Part shown: in pieces, positions 44,766 to 55,122 of the stretch
How the letters are laid out: each line of letters opens with the position of its first letter
How positions within the stretch are numbered: the stretch's first letter is position 1
Source of the DNA: a virus
Strand: one strand, 5' to 3'
IMG/VR virus record: IMGVR_UViG_3300045988_121434
Coordinates: 32,336 to 96,335 of that record
Length of the DNA: 64,000 bases
The notes under the pieces: generated by a model
What the model was told of the DNA's origin: nothing
Database searches by the model: none
Seen by the model: the letters and a program-made list of their open reading frames with translations, nothing else
Made by a program: the position numbers and the translations under genes

Positions 44766-47562
44766 GTTAGTTATCCTTGCCGGTGGAAAGCCGATGGCGC
44801 TTAACGATGACTTCTCCATCAGCGTTGAACTGAGCAACCCTCTCTTCAACGACACGGAGATGTTCTCCTATCCCGTCGCGCTTCCGCTTGATGGCAACCG
44901 CCATTTTCTCAAGAACATGGACGACACCAATTCCGACCTGCGTCCCGTGAGCTTTGAGCACACGCCGATGCAAATAATTGCCGATGGTGTGCCGTTTGCC
45001 AGTGGCACTGCCGTAATGCAGGAGGATGAAACCGTGGAGGACTCGCTATCGATGAATATTGACGCGAGCAAGCAGTCGTTTGACGACTTGATTGGCGATT
45101 TGAAATGCAATGAGGTGAAGATACCCGACCGCTATAAAGACCAACTGCTGATTGGCGAGAAGATTGACGAGGTGAATGTGGAGGTCACTTACAGCACAGA
45201 TGTGGTCGTGAAATATGAGGGCAAGAAAGGCGACAAGAAATTGGGGTCGGTTGGTACAGGCTACAAGACATCATCAACATTCCATCCCCAAGCTCTTGGT
45301 TTCTCCTATCCTGCCCGTTGCGTAGAGAAAGACAGCGTGTCGCATAAGGCAAAGGTCAAGGAAGTGTGGAGTTATGCGAGAGGCGAGAAACGCAACATAC
45401 CCGAAGTGGCGCAGTCATACGTCAACGTGAGTGATGCCTATCCCACAAAGCCATTCTGTAACGCCCGTGTATGTTATGCTCATTATGACTTGGATGATGA
45501 CGGCAAGACTTCAAGCGAAATTGTGAAGCCTAAAGACGAGAATATTATGCACGAAGACCAGGGAAAGATATGGGTGCTTGACGCTGATCGCCCGCAGTCA
45601 GGCATCTGTTTCTATGTGCTCTTCTTTCTGGATTGTTTGTTTGAGAGTCTTGGCGTGTCTTTCAACAAGGATGCACTGCGCAATATTGGCGACTTCCGCC
45701 GTCTTTGTTTCTTTACCACAAAATGTGCCTACGACACAAAGCCGTTGTATGTTGGTTCAACTTATAATGAAAAAGACCCAGAAGTTATTGCTGGAAAGAA
45801 AAAGGCCGGTGACATCAAACTTGGTTATTTCCAAAAGCAGATAGAGAGCAAGAAGCAGTCTGACTACGACAACCTTTTCGAGGACGTAAACGATTGGCTG
45901 GAAAGCCGTGGCTGTGGTGGCAAGCTCTCGCTCGAAAATCCTGTGGATAAGACCATGCAGGAAATCGAATACTATGATGTGATTTACAAGTTTGTTACGA
46001 AGTTGGACCCCCGTTTCCCCAATTCTTCCTATAAGACTACTGAGGTGGAGCAGGTGAAAGAAGGCAGCAAGAAGCACGTTGTGGTCGGCAAGGACAAGGT
46101 TGCAAGCATTACCACAAAGTCTACAATCACCATGGCGCAGATGAGCGCAAGCATTGTTCAGATGTTTGCCAATGAGCAGAACTTTCCGGACGAAAATGTT
46201 TCCACCATCATTGAGTCGCTTGAAAATCAGTTTGGCATTAAGTTTTATTACGATTACGAACAGAAGAAGGTGACGGCTTATCTTGTTCGTGATGTGTTCC
46301 GCAAGCAGAACCCACAACCGCGTACGTTCTTTGCCGAAATACATAGCATATTGCCAATTAGCGAGAAGATTACTGGTGTGCGTGTTGGCTATTCGGCAGA
46401 AAGCGACAGCAAGGAGCAGAAGCAGAATATCACTAAGGGCGTGAAGGACTATAACACCGATTACGACTATGTAGAATATCCGCAAGATCGCACCGTGACA
46501 AACCTTGAGTATCGTGACATTATCCACCAGGTCTACAATAATCAGATGAATGTGTTTGTGGATAAATCAACGGGTAACAAATATCGCGTGAAGATTGATT
46601 CGGACTTTTCCTCTGCCGGCGACATGGATCCCCGCTTGTTTGAGGTGGGTGCTTACAAGGGTGTTGAAATGGGTGATTGCTCTACGCTTAATGAGGATTT
46701 CGTGCAGGAATTTAAGTCAGACTTTGTTCCGGTCGGCATGGTGGACGTCAACTATTATAATGCGCTTGCCGCCACTACGGGGCAGACTTGCTTTACTGAC
46801 TCAAACAATCAGCCTACCGATGGTAGCGGCATTGAGGGGTATATGGCAAGTGCCGTAAATGGCAGTAAGGCGCAAACCATCATGGCGGCTTTCTTGGATG
46901 AAAGTATGGAACATGAGTTTGTGAAGCAATATATCAAAAATCCGCTTTCTTCTCAAGTAGCAGATTTCTACGTCACGGAGGAACTTTCGCTTGTGGAGTC
47001 GTACAATCCTTCTAATACAGACGACGGCAATTCGCCACTTCAGAATTACGACTGGGGCAATGCCATAGCCATTATGCGCGGTGGTGGCGCGGATTCTACG
47101 CACGAGGCTTTTGATTACAACTATGATGGCTTCGGCAATAGCAAGTGGCGCACCACCGTAGGCGAGTATGCCCTTACCACCGACTCTGTTGACCAATACG
47201 GCAACGTGTATGATTATAATGGTACTGCGTCCGGCATAGGCAACGAGGAACGCTTCTCCCTCAAACCTCGCGCTTGGGTGCAGCCGGAATGGGCGGATGC
47301 TCCATTGGTAGTGAGTGATCCGCTTATCAAGGACCGAGGTTATTTCGATACCTTTATGATTGACTATGCCTATTTTCTTCTGCATCGTCACAAGTACCGC
47401 ATCCGCTGCACGGCTTCCGTAGCGCAGATAGCCGACATACCTAACCATTGGAAAGAATGGTGGCTGATAGACGGCAAGAAGTGTCTTATCAACAAGGTAA
47501 ACACCGACATCAGCGTAAAGGATGGAATGGGCGAGGTGGAACTTGAAGTGTATAGTATATAG
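44755..47562 (+). CDS. Large tail/baseplate protein (putative)
   Basis: 935 aa, located immediately upstream of the fibre genes. Assignment is by position only. Confidence 0.45.
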   Translation: MNSKLVILAGGKPMALNDDFSISVELSNPLFNDTEMFSYPVALPLDGNRHFLKNMDDTNSDLRPVSFEHTPMQIIADGVPFASGTAVMQEDETVEDSLSMNIDASKQSFDDLIGDLKCNEVKIPDRYKDQLLIGEKIDEVNVEVTYSTDVVVKYEGKKGDKKLGSVGTGYKTSSTFHPQALGFSYPARCVEKDSVSHKAKVKEVWSYARGEKRNIPEVAQSYVNVSDAYPTKPFCNARVCYAHYDLDDDGKTSSEIVKPKDENIMHEDQGKIWVLDADRPQSGICFYVLFFLDCLFESLGVSFNKDALRNIGDFRRLCFFTTKCAYDTKPLYVGSTYNEKDPEVIAGKKKAGDIKLGYFQKQIESKKQSDYDNLFEDVNDWLESRGCGGKLSLENPVDKTMQEIEYYDVIYKFVTKLDPRFPNSSYKTTEVEQVKEGSKKHVVVGKDKVASITTKSTITMAQMSASIVQMFANEQNFPDENVSTIIESLENQFGIKFYYDYEQKKVTAYLVRDVFRKQNPQPRTFFAEIHSILPISEKITGVRVGYSAESDSKEQKQNITKGVKDYNTDYDYVEYPQDRTVTNLEYRDIIHQVYNNQMNVFVDKSTGNKYRVKIDSDFSSAGDMDPRLFEVGAYKGVEMGDCSTLNEDFVQEFKSDFVPVGMVDVNYYNALAATTGQTCFTDSNNQPTDGSGIEGYMASAVNGSKAQTIMAAFLDESMEHEFVKQYIKNPLSSQVADFYVTEELSLVESYNPSNTDDGNSPLQNYDWGNAIAIMRGGGADSTHEAFDYNYDGFGNSKWRTTVGEYALTTDSVDQYGNVYDYNGTASGIGNEERFSLKPRAWVQPEWADAPLVVSDPLIKDRGYFDTFMIDYAYFLLHRHKYRIRCTASVAQIADIPNHWKEWWLIDGKKCLINKVNTDISVKDGMGEVELEVYSI

Positions 47563-47584
47563 ACCAACACAACACAAAAACATC

Positions 47585-48673
47585 ATGGCAAGAAAAATAA
47601 CACTTACATCCGGCTCTGTGTTCAACGGTAACCCTATCACGTTTCAGGTGCAGCCGAATGTCATTACCGGCACGGACAGCAACAAAAATACGACCTACCC
47701 ATCCTTTCATCGCGTCATCATGGAGGTAACGTGTGGCATGAGTGGTGGCGACTATGAGGTGATAAAAATGTCTGCACCCGTGGAAAAGGAAGAAACCTCG
47801 GAATCCAATGTCGTGCAGATAGACATATCATCTGCCTTGCGCACCTTTCGCGACAGCTACGAATACTCGGCACAGCCCACGACTTATCCCTTGGTGAAAT
47901 TCTACTTGAAAGCGTATGATGAGTATATGCTCGACGGAGTGGTAAAGACTATGGGCGAAATCATCTATCCTGCCAAGGCAAACGACAATGACGAGCAGCC
48001 GGTGTATTGCACCATATTTGGTGGATATTCCGACTTCGACCGCCTTATGTCCAATGGCTCAAAGGAAACAACCATCTTGTCGCGCAAACCCATATCCGCC
48101 CCGCATCTCGCTTTCGTGGGCGAGCAAATAGCCTATACCCCATCCTACACCACGGCGCAGACTTTGCTCGCCAGCGGCAACCTCGCCCAGCCGGAGTCGA
48201 AGGTAGTGACCATATTGTCTGAAGGCCTACAGACCATAGGCGAACAGGTCATCTATGCTCTGCCATCCACGGAAGCTGATACGCGCCAAGTATTCCGCTT
48301 TATCAACTCGTTTGGTGTGTTGGAGAGTATCAGTGTGCCTCGCGTGTACAGCAAGAAACTCGCAGTAACTACCAATAGATATGTATTGTCGCGGCAGGAA
48401 ACATTCAGTTCTTTCAGTCGTGCGTCCATCAAGAAGCAGAACAACAAGGAGTCATGGCTATTCCAAACCGACCCGCTGACAGAGGAATGGCTTGAATGGT
48501 ATCTGCATGAGTTTCTCATGTCCGAACACATCTGGATAGACATCAACAGCCGTTTCATTCCTTGCACCATCTCCCCAGAGGAAGAAACCACCTTCCTCAC
48601 CCGCACCGAACAGAACGCCATGACCATATCATTTACCGCTCAGCTCGACATCAACGGCTGTCCGCTTATATAA
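47585..48673 (+). CDS. Tail/baseplate-associated protein (putative)
   Basis: The ATG at 47585 (MARKITLTSG...) lies inside tracked ORF 47522-48673. Confidence 0.45.
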   Translation: MARKITLTSGSVFNGNPITFQVQPNVITGTDSNKNTTYPSFHRVIMEVTCGMSGGDYEVIKMSAPVEKEETSESNVVQIDISSALRTFRDSYEYSAQPTTYPLVKFYLKAYDEYMLDGVVKTMGEIIYPAKANDNDEQPVYCTIFGGYSDFDRLMSNGSKETTILSRKPISAPHLAFVGEQIAYTPSYTTAQTLLASGNLAQPESKVVTILSEGLQTIGEQVIYALPSTEADTRQVFRFINSFGVLESISVPRVYSKKLAVTTNRYVLSRQETFSSFSRASIKKQNNKESWLFQTDPLTEEWLEWYLHEFLMSEHIWIDINSRFIPCTISPEEETTFLTRTEQNAMTISFTAQLDINGCPLI

Positions 48674-48725
48674 CCGATATTTCTGTTTTCATTTATACAT
48701 TTTCGTCAAAGCCTCGTATCTCTTT

Positions 48726-51700
48726 ATGGCGCGTGGCTTTATCATGTCCGTACCTTTAAATCATCTTTTCGTAACTTTGCTATCAGAAATTTACGACATG
48801 ACACAAGCTACAGAAAGAGACTATTGGATTTCGCCCAATGCGTTTTACATTGAACTGAACGCGATGGGACTGCCCGACTACATACAAGCATCGTGTGTGA
48901 GTGGAGCCAAAATCCTTGTCTATATAAAAGACATCATTTCCTACGACGCGGGCCACAACTATAAGCGTTGGACGCTGCAAGCCTCGCCTACAGTGTTCAA
49001 CACTCACACTGCAAAATATGTCTATGCCGCCGTCCCTCGCTCGGATGACGGCACAAAGAACGCTTTTATCGTATTTCCGTCTGAAGAACTCGATGTTTAC
49101 GGCAAGAACGTCGCAGGGCAACAAATCGGCTCTGAAGAATATTATTATGTATTCCTGCAAGGCATTATTACATCTTCAGGCGACAACGGAACAGAAAACC
49201 GCGATTGGCAGCAGCGAGTGTCCTCTGGTTTGCTTGCATCCGACGAAGCAATATCCGCCACTGGTACAGAAACAGAATGGTACAAGTATTCTTCAGTGGA
49301 TGGAATTGTTACGTTTCTGAAGAATTTGACGATGAAGGTCGGAACCTTGTTTCGTAATCTTTTTGTAGAAACGCTAACCATCGTTAGTGGTGGTAAAATA
49401 GCTTTTGAGAACCAAGGAGAAATTGAAGGTATTGCAGACAATTCTACTTCGGTAAGCTCCACCAATCGTATTGTCACACCGAAATTTCTTGACGATAATA
49501 CTTTGTCAAGCGTGAGCGATGATACAGCGCAGGGCTTGATAACCTTCGCCAAGGGCTTAATTTCCGAGATGCTCGCCCAGCTGAAGGGCGGTGCGACATT
49601 CGGGAAAAGCGGGTATAAGTTCGACAAGGACGGCAACGTGGTGGTTGACGCGTTAAGCTCGCTGGCGTTTGACGAGGCACTGGAGAGGGGCTTCGGGGTG
49701 ACGAAGAACTCGCGGGGGAAATACACGCTGTCGGTCACGGACTTGATGGTGTGGGGCAGGGCGGTGTTCAACTCGCTGGAGATAAGGAAGCTCTATGCCG
49801 TGGGAGGCAACGTGTACCTGAGCGGCGCGAGCTCGAAGATTGTGAGGGCGGTGCCGGTGAAGAGGGCGACGGGTACGGGCACGACCGAGAATGGCGACGC
49901 GAGCGAAACGTGGGTGGCGTGCGCTGAGGGCGACGCTGACTGCGAGGGATGGAAGTGCTACACGCTGAACGATGACGGCACCACGGCGACGCAGAACGGA
50001 TGGAGGAAGTATGACCAGGCGAAGTGTCAGACGTTTGACATTGAGGCAGGGGCGCATGAGGGCGTGAGCAACACTTTCTACTGGCGACTGGTGGCTGACG
50101 TGTCCACGAAGAACGAGACGATAACGGAGACGCGGACGGAAACCTACGTGGATGATGACGGGGTGACGAAGACGCGCGAGGTGACGGTGGACTTGTACGA
50201 CGGCAAGAAGTTTGGCTGGGTGGTGCTGTCTAAGACGGACTGCGAGAGCGCGGGCAACGACGCTCCGAAGGCAGGGGACACGATAGTGCTGGACGGCCAC
50301 AGGATGTTCGCGAGCGGTGACGCTGATGGGCGTGACCAATACAACGACGAGAGCCGCACGAACGTGATGATGCTGGAGACAACGGGCACGGAGAATGGCA
50401 CGTTACCGAGGATAGTGGCGTTGACTGGCATCGTGGACTACAGGCACTGGGACGGCGTGAACCAATACTCGAACACAGTGTTCATACTGTCGCCCAAGGA
50501 GGTGGTGTTCGTGTCTTCGAGCTTCAAGTTTATGAGCGCGAGCGGCGACCCGATAACCTTAGTGAACTTCCGTGGTAACTGGGCAAAGGATACGGAATAC
50601 CGCTACTACGACCAAGTGAGCCACGGCAACGCGATATGGACGTGCATAGTGAAGAAAGGCGATACGACTAACGCGGAACCGAGCGACACCTCTACAGATT
50701 GGAGGAAGGAGATTAGCGGCGGCAAGGGTGAGAAAGGCGACAAGGGAGACCCTGGAACCCCCGGCAATGGCATTGACCGCGTGGAGACAAGGTTTTTCGC
50801 GTGGAAGTCGGACAAGTTTGGCACGGGCTTCAACTCCGACAGGGTGTGGGAAGATGGCAGCACGACGATGCCTGACGACTTCAGCGACGACTTCCCGTGG
50901 CTGTGGCAGGTGACGAGGACGTATTACACCAACGGAACCGACGTGCTGGGCGAGGCCGTCTGCATAGGCTATAAGGGCAAGGACGCGGTGACGTATGGGG
51001 TGCAGGTGACACCTTACCTTGACCCGTTAAGCAGCGGGAAGACAGACCCTGGCATACAGATACAGTTCACGAGGACGACGGGCGCGACGGTGGAGACTTT
51101 CACAAACGTGACGAAACTCGGTGGCTTGGTGATGGTGTACGTTGACGGCGTGTATCACGTGGACGCGACCAACTGGATCAACAGTGGCAATGACAAGATA
51201 GTGTTTTCCCACTTCCCCATTGACAACACCTCGACCGACAAGACGCTTGGCACGGCGAGCACGATAGGCATAGAGCTGTTGGTGAACAGTAGCGTGGTGG
51301 CTACCGCCAACTACGCGAACGGCAAGCAGGGCGCGGACGGCAAGGGCGCGCTGGAGATAAGCGTATACCCCGACACCCTCGTTTTCGACACGGACGATGA
51401 CGGCATCGTGCCAAGCGGGACGAGCAAGAGGGCGACGATAGCGTGCTACCGTGACGGCAAGAAGGTGACAAACGTCGATTATGCCCTCATGGAGGGCGGA
51501 CACCCCGACTGCGACGCGTCAATCTCGGCATCGAACGGCACGGCGACCGTGACAATCTCGAACATTGCCGAGGCCGAGACCTACGGCGTGAGCAAGACGA
51601 GCGGCACGGTGGAGGTGCAAGTGTATGACAAGGACAAGGGCAGGAACTACTTCCCCATGGTGAAGTTCACGGTGAACGTGGCCAAGTTCAACGGCGGGCT

Positions 51701-53999
51701 GAAGGCCGACAACAGGAAGTTTGAGAGCGCGTATAACTACCTTACCAACAACGGCAATAGCACCGACTTCTCATATTATGAGAGCCATATCAAGCAGACG
51801 GCCAAAGAGATAAGCCTGAAGGTGAGCGAGAAGTCAGTGGGCAGAAGAAATATGCTTGTGGGAAGCGCGTGCCGTAAATACGGGGACGGATTTAAGTACA
51901 TGAGCGGTTCGGAGACGCGGTATTATGATGGCTATCCGTTAGAACAGATAGAGATAAACAGTGGCATTGATGGCGTTAATTGCATCCATTGCCGCACTAA
52001 ACGGACAGGAACGGACAGTTATCACTTGTCTGGTTTTAGCTGGAATGGTATTTCGCCACAAGGCAACATCAAGTTGGAGAAGGGGAAGAACTATGTTCTC
52101 TCGTTCTATGCCAAGACGCCTACACCAAATGATATTTATTTCATTGCGGAAGTTCTATACCAAGGTTCCAAGATAGACACTTCTCGCCCTGCTGGATATG
52201 ATGGTCCTACAGGCTATAGCACGACTTTTTCTGTATCAGAAGCCAATAAGTGGGAATTGTTTACCGTGAAGGTTTCTGTTCCATCTGATGCTCCGTATGA
52301 GTATGAAGAGATAAATATCTTCGCGAGGGCGGCGAGCGACTTTTTCGTTGACGGCTATATCTGCAAGCCAATGCTTGAGGAGGGCGAGGAGTATAATGGC
52401 TGGACGCTCTCGGAGCAGGACTATGACTACGTGGGCGGTAACCTGCTGGACGGCACGGGCACGCTGACGAAGACGGGAAACGTGGAGGTGCTGGACGAGA
52501 CGACCGTGACGCAAGGCGGCTACAACAACGAGAGCGCGAGCGTGAAAGCGACACTCCTGCCTACCACGGTAGTTGGCGACTTCCTGCAATACTCCACGAA
52601 GGACATGGGGCTGAAAGTCGGCGAGGACTGCGTGCTGTCGTTCTACGCGAGGGCGGCGAGCGACTACGCGCACGGCGGGCTGCAATGCTATTTCTACTCT
52701 CCAAGCACGGGAAACGTCATGACGGAAAGCAGTCATGAGAAGTTAGATTTCTTGTATAATCCAGCCGATGGGGACTTGCACACCCACATCACGCCGACGA
52801 CGGCATGGAAACGCTACTGGGTGCATTGGAGGCCGATGGGGAACGTCCCACAATACATACTGTTCCGCTTGCTGAGACCCGGCACGTACAAGGAGAGCTA
52901 CGACCCATCCACGAGCTACAACGTGGGAGACGTGGTGGTGTATGGCGGCACGTACTACGTGTGCCAGAAGGCCGGGTCGGGATATGAGCCCGGCGCTTCG
53001 AGCTACTGGGAGGCGACGGAGTTCGCGATAGAGATTGCCCGGCCGAAACTTGAGGTGGGCGCGACGATGACGGAGTGGACTGAGAAGCGGACCGACATGG
53101 TGGACAAGCGCGCGCTGTTCGCCACGGGGATAGACATAGAGAACAAGAATATAACGCTGACGGCGGACCATACCTACGTGAGGACGAACGACGGCACGCC
53201 GACGGTGATGATAGACGCTGACGGCAACCTGACCATGAAGGTGAACGCGGACATGGTGAACGTGTCGGCGACGCACAAGTTGAGCATATTGGGCAATGGC
53301 TCGATGGTGGTGGACATGGACAACTTCAAGCTGGACGCGAGCGGCAACGCCTCGTTCAAGGGTTCCATCGAATCGACAAGCGGGCGGATAAGTTTCTTAA
53401 CGTTCACGGATAGCGGAATGTACAGTGCCACGTCGTCGTCCGATTGGGGCTTGGGGCTCATGAGCACCAACATAAGCGTGAGGGGCACCCCTGGCGGCAG
53501 GCATTCGCTGGTCTGCCTTGGCAACGGGAAAGTCGACGCGACTGGCGGCGATGCCAACACGTACCCCAAGTCGCTGGTGGATGGCCAATACGTGAACTAC
53601 TGCAACCTGATACAGGTGAAGGACGGCGGCACAGGCAACGGCAGGGACGCTGCGGCATTGGGCATAGAGACGGATGGCGACTTCTGCCTTAGCGCGATGG
53701 GCGGTCTCAGTCACTTGCAGGGGTTGGCGTTGGACGCTTCGACGACGACAAACGGCTCCTCCCCCAACAGGACGCTGTTCCTCTGTTCGGGCGGCCACTT
53801 CACGATGCCATCTAACCCTAAGGACGGCCAACTGGTGATAGTGATACAGACAAGGGACAGAATTGATTTTAACGGCAACGGACATGGGTTCCAGAGTGGC
53901 ACATATAATAGCCTAAGCTTTACTTCCGATTCCGCGGGGCAATGGTCTTTATTTTATTACCATAATGGGGTTTGGTATACGATTTATATGACTCGTTGA
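48726..53999 (+). CDS. Tail fibre / receptor-binding protein with collagen-like triplets
   Basis: 1757 aa with Gly-X-Y triplets GEKGDKGDPGTPGNG (about 50718-50770), two tandem jelly-roll-like segments (NYVLSFYAK..., DCVLSFYAR...) and mosaic nucleotide composition. Confidence 0.7.
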   Translation: MARGFIMSVPLNHLFVTLLSEIYDMTQATERDYWISPNAFYIELNAMGLPDYIQASCVSGAKILVYIKDIISYDAGHNYKRWTLQASPTVFNTHTAKYVYAAVPRSDDGTKNAFIVFPSEELDVYGKNVAGQQIGSEEYYYVFLQGIITSSGDNGTENRDWQQRVSSGLLASDEAISATGTETEWYKYSSVDGIVTFLKNLTMKVGTLFRNLFVETLTIVSGGKIAFENQGEIEGIADNSTSVSSTNRIVTPKFLDDNTLSSVSDDTAQGLITFAKGLISEMLAQLKGGATFGKSGYKFDKDGNVVVDALSSLAFDEALERGFGVTKNSRGKYTLSVTDLMVWGRAVFNSLEIRKLYAVGGNVYLSGASSKIVRAVPVKRATGTGTTENGDASETWVACAEGDADCEGWKCYTLNDDGTTATQNGWRKYDQAKCQTFDIEAGAHEGVSNTFYWRLVADVSTKNETITETRTETYVDDDGVTKTREVTVDLYDGKKFGWVVLSKTDCESAGNDAPKAGDTIVLDGHRMFASGDADGRDQYNDESRTNVMMLETTGTENGTLPRIVALTGIVDYRHWDGVNQYSNTVFILSPKEVVFVSSSFKFMSASGDPITLVNFRGNWAKDTEYRYYDQVSHGNAIWTCIVKKGDTTNAEPSDTSTDWRKEISGGKGEKGDKGDPGTPGNGIDRVETRFFAWKSDKFGTGFNSDRVWEDGSTTMPDDFSDDFPWLWQVTRTYYTNGTDVLGEAVCIGYKGKDAVTYGVQVTPYLDPLSSGKTDPGIQIQFTRTTGATVETFTNVTKLGGLVMVYVDGVYHVDATNWINSGNDKIVFSHFPIDNTSTDKTLGTASTIGIELLVNSSVVATANYANGKQGADGKGALEISVYPDTLVFDTDDDGIVPSGTSKRATIACYRDGKKVTNVDYALMEGGHPDCDASISASNGTATVTISNIAEAETYGVSKTSGTVEVQVYDKDKGRNYFPMVKFTVNVAKFNGGLKADNRKFESAYNYLTNNGNSTDFSYYESHIKQTAKEISLKVSEKSVGRRNMLVGSACRKYGDGFKYMSGSETRYYDGYPLEQIEINSGIDGVNCIHCRTKRTGTDSYHLSGFSWNGISPQGNIKLEKGKNYVLSFYAKTPTPNDIYFIAEVLYQGSKIDTSRPAGYDGPTGYSTTFSVSEANKWELFTVKVSVPSDAPYEYEEINIFARAASDFFVDGYICKPMLEEGEEYNGWTLSEQDYDYVGGNLLDGTGTLTKTGNVEVLDETTVTQGGYNNESASVKATLLPTTVVGDFLQYSTKDMGLKVGEDCVLSFYARAASDYAHGGLQCYFYSPSTGNVMTESSHEKLDFLYNPADGDLHTHITPTTAWKRYWVHWRPMGNVPQYILFRLLRPGTYKESYDPSTSYNVGDVVVYGGTYYVCQKAGSGYEPGASSYWEATEFAIEIARPKLEVGATMTEWTEKRTDMVDKRALFATGIDIENKNITLTADHTYVRTNDGTPTVMIDADGNLTMKVNADMVNVSATHKLSILGNGSMVVDMDNFKLDASGNASFKGSIESTSGRISFLTFTDSGMYSATSSSDWGLGLMSTNISVRGTPGGRHSLVCLGNGKVDATGGDANTYPKSLVDGQYVNYCNLIQVKDGGTGNGRDAAALGIETDGDFCLSAMGGLSHLQGLALDASTTTNGSSPNRTLFLCSGGHFTMPSNPKDGQLVIVIQTRDRIDFNGNGHGFQSGTYNSLSFTSDSAGQWSLFYYHNGVWYTIYMTR

Positions 54000-54079
54000 C
54001 TATGGTAGTCAGATGCTTGGCAACGATATACGTAACGGAATAGACAATAACAACGATAACGATTAAAGACAAAGAAATT

Positions 54080-54376
54080 ATGAAAAAGGTTTACAATGTG
54101 TTTAAGAGTATTGGTGAGTGGCTGGCAAAGGCAGGGGCTGACAGGTACTTGCACTTATTGGCTGGCTTGGTGATAGCCTTCTTCACGGCCATGCTGATGC
54201 AGGGCGTGGCTGGCGAGGGACGCTGGACGTGCGCTGGCTTCGCCTTGATGGTGACAGTGGTGGTGGGCATCTTGAAGGAGGTCGCCGACCAGACCTATGA
54301 GGGCGAGAGCGACGCGCTGGACTGGGCTTTCACGTGCATTGGCGGCGTGATTGGTTGCGGGTTGTGGATGATGTAG
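54080..54376 (+). CDS. Small membrane protein (holin candidate)
   Basis: 98 aa with 3 hydrophobic helices, located in the lysis neighbourhood. Confidence 0.4.
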   Translation: MKKVYNVFKSIGEWLAKAGADRYLHLLAGLVIAFFTAMLMQGVAGEGRWTCAGFALMVTVVVGILKEVADQTYEGESDALDWAFTCIGGVIGCGLWMM

Positions 54377-54462
54377 ACCCCTCCCTTAGAGTGAAGGACG
54401 AAGAGTGAAGAATATAGAATCGTGAGAACGAAAAGAACGATAACGACAATAACAGGTAAGGC

Positions 54463-55059
54463 ATGACGATGGGCAGCTCGGTATTACAGACAAGTTTCTT
54501 GACGGGGAACAGCGTGCATACAGGGGTAAGAGCTTTCGGCATGACGTTGTTCTCCTCGGAGATAACGCAGATGCTGGCGGACTCTAAGTGGATTTGGATA
54601 GCGATAGGCTTGCTATGTATGCTCGACTTCCGCTTCGGCTGCAAGGAGAGCAGGCTAAGGCGCGACAAGGCGTTAAAGCAAGGTGACAAGGTGCTGGCGG
54701 AGGTGTATAAGTTCCACCGCTCGCGGGCGTGGCGGCGTAGCCTGAACAAGTTTATTGACTACCTCATGCTGATGATGGTGGCGGAAGCGATAGGCGCTGG
54801 CTTTCTGCCGCTCGTGGGCATAAACTACATCTTCGGCGCGTGGGTCGGCGGCGTGATAGCCTGCCTGTGCGAGATCAGCTCCATAGGTGGCCACTTCCTC
54901 TACATACACAACGTGAGGATAGAGAAGCGCACCATCAAGGGGTATCTGATGGCTTTTGGCAAGGGTTTCGCCGTGGCGTTGGCAAGGCAGAAAGACCCTG
55001 CCATGGGCGAGGCCGTGGAGGAGGCGTTCGAGAAGGTGGGAAAGGAGAAGGAAAAGTGA
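54463..55059 (+). CDS. Holin-family-like membrane protein
   Basis: It has several TM helices, and the motif ...CEISSIGGHF recalls the E.iSIlEN region of the phage holin 4 family. Confidence 0.45.
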   Translation: MTMGSSVLQTSFLTGNSVHTGVRAFGMTLFSSEITQMLADSKWIWIAIGLLCMLDFRFGCKESRLRRDKALKQGDKVLAEVYKFHRSRAWRRSLNKFIDYLMLMMVAEAIGAGFLPLVGINYIFGAWVGGVIACLCEISSIGGHFLYIHNVRIEKRTIKGYLMAFGKGFAVALARQKDPAMGEAVEEAFEKVGKEKEK

Positions 55060-55122
55060 GGAATCAATGTGGGTAGACGACAGACTTTTATAGACTGGAT
55101 AGACTTAATTAAAAAACTTGAC

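Noticed and set aside
48726-53999. A diversity-generating retroelement targeting the fibre gene.
   Set aside because: No reverse-transcriptase ORF and no template/variable repeat pair were visible in the window. The compositional patches are better explained by module exchange.
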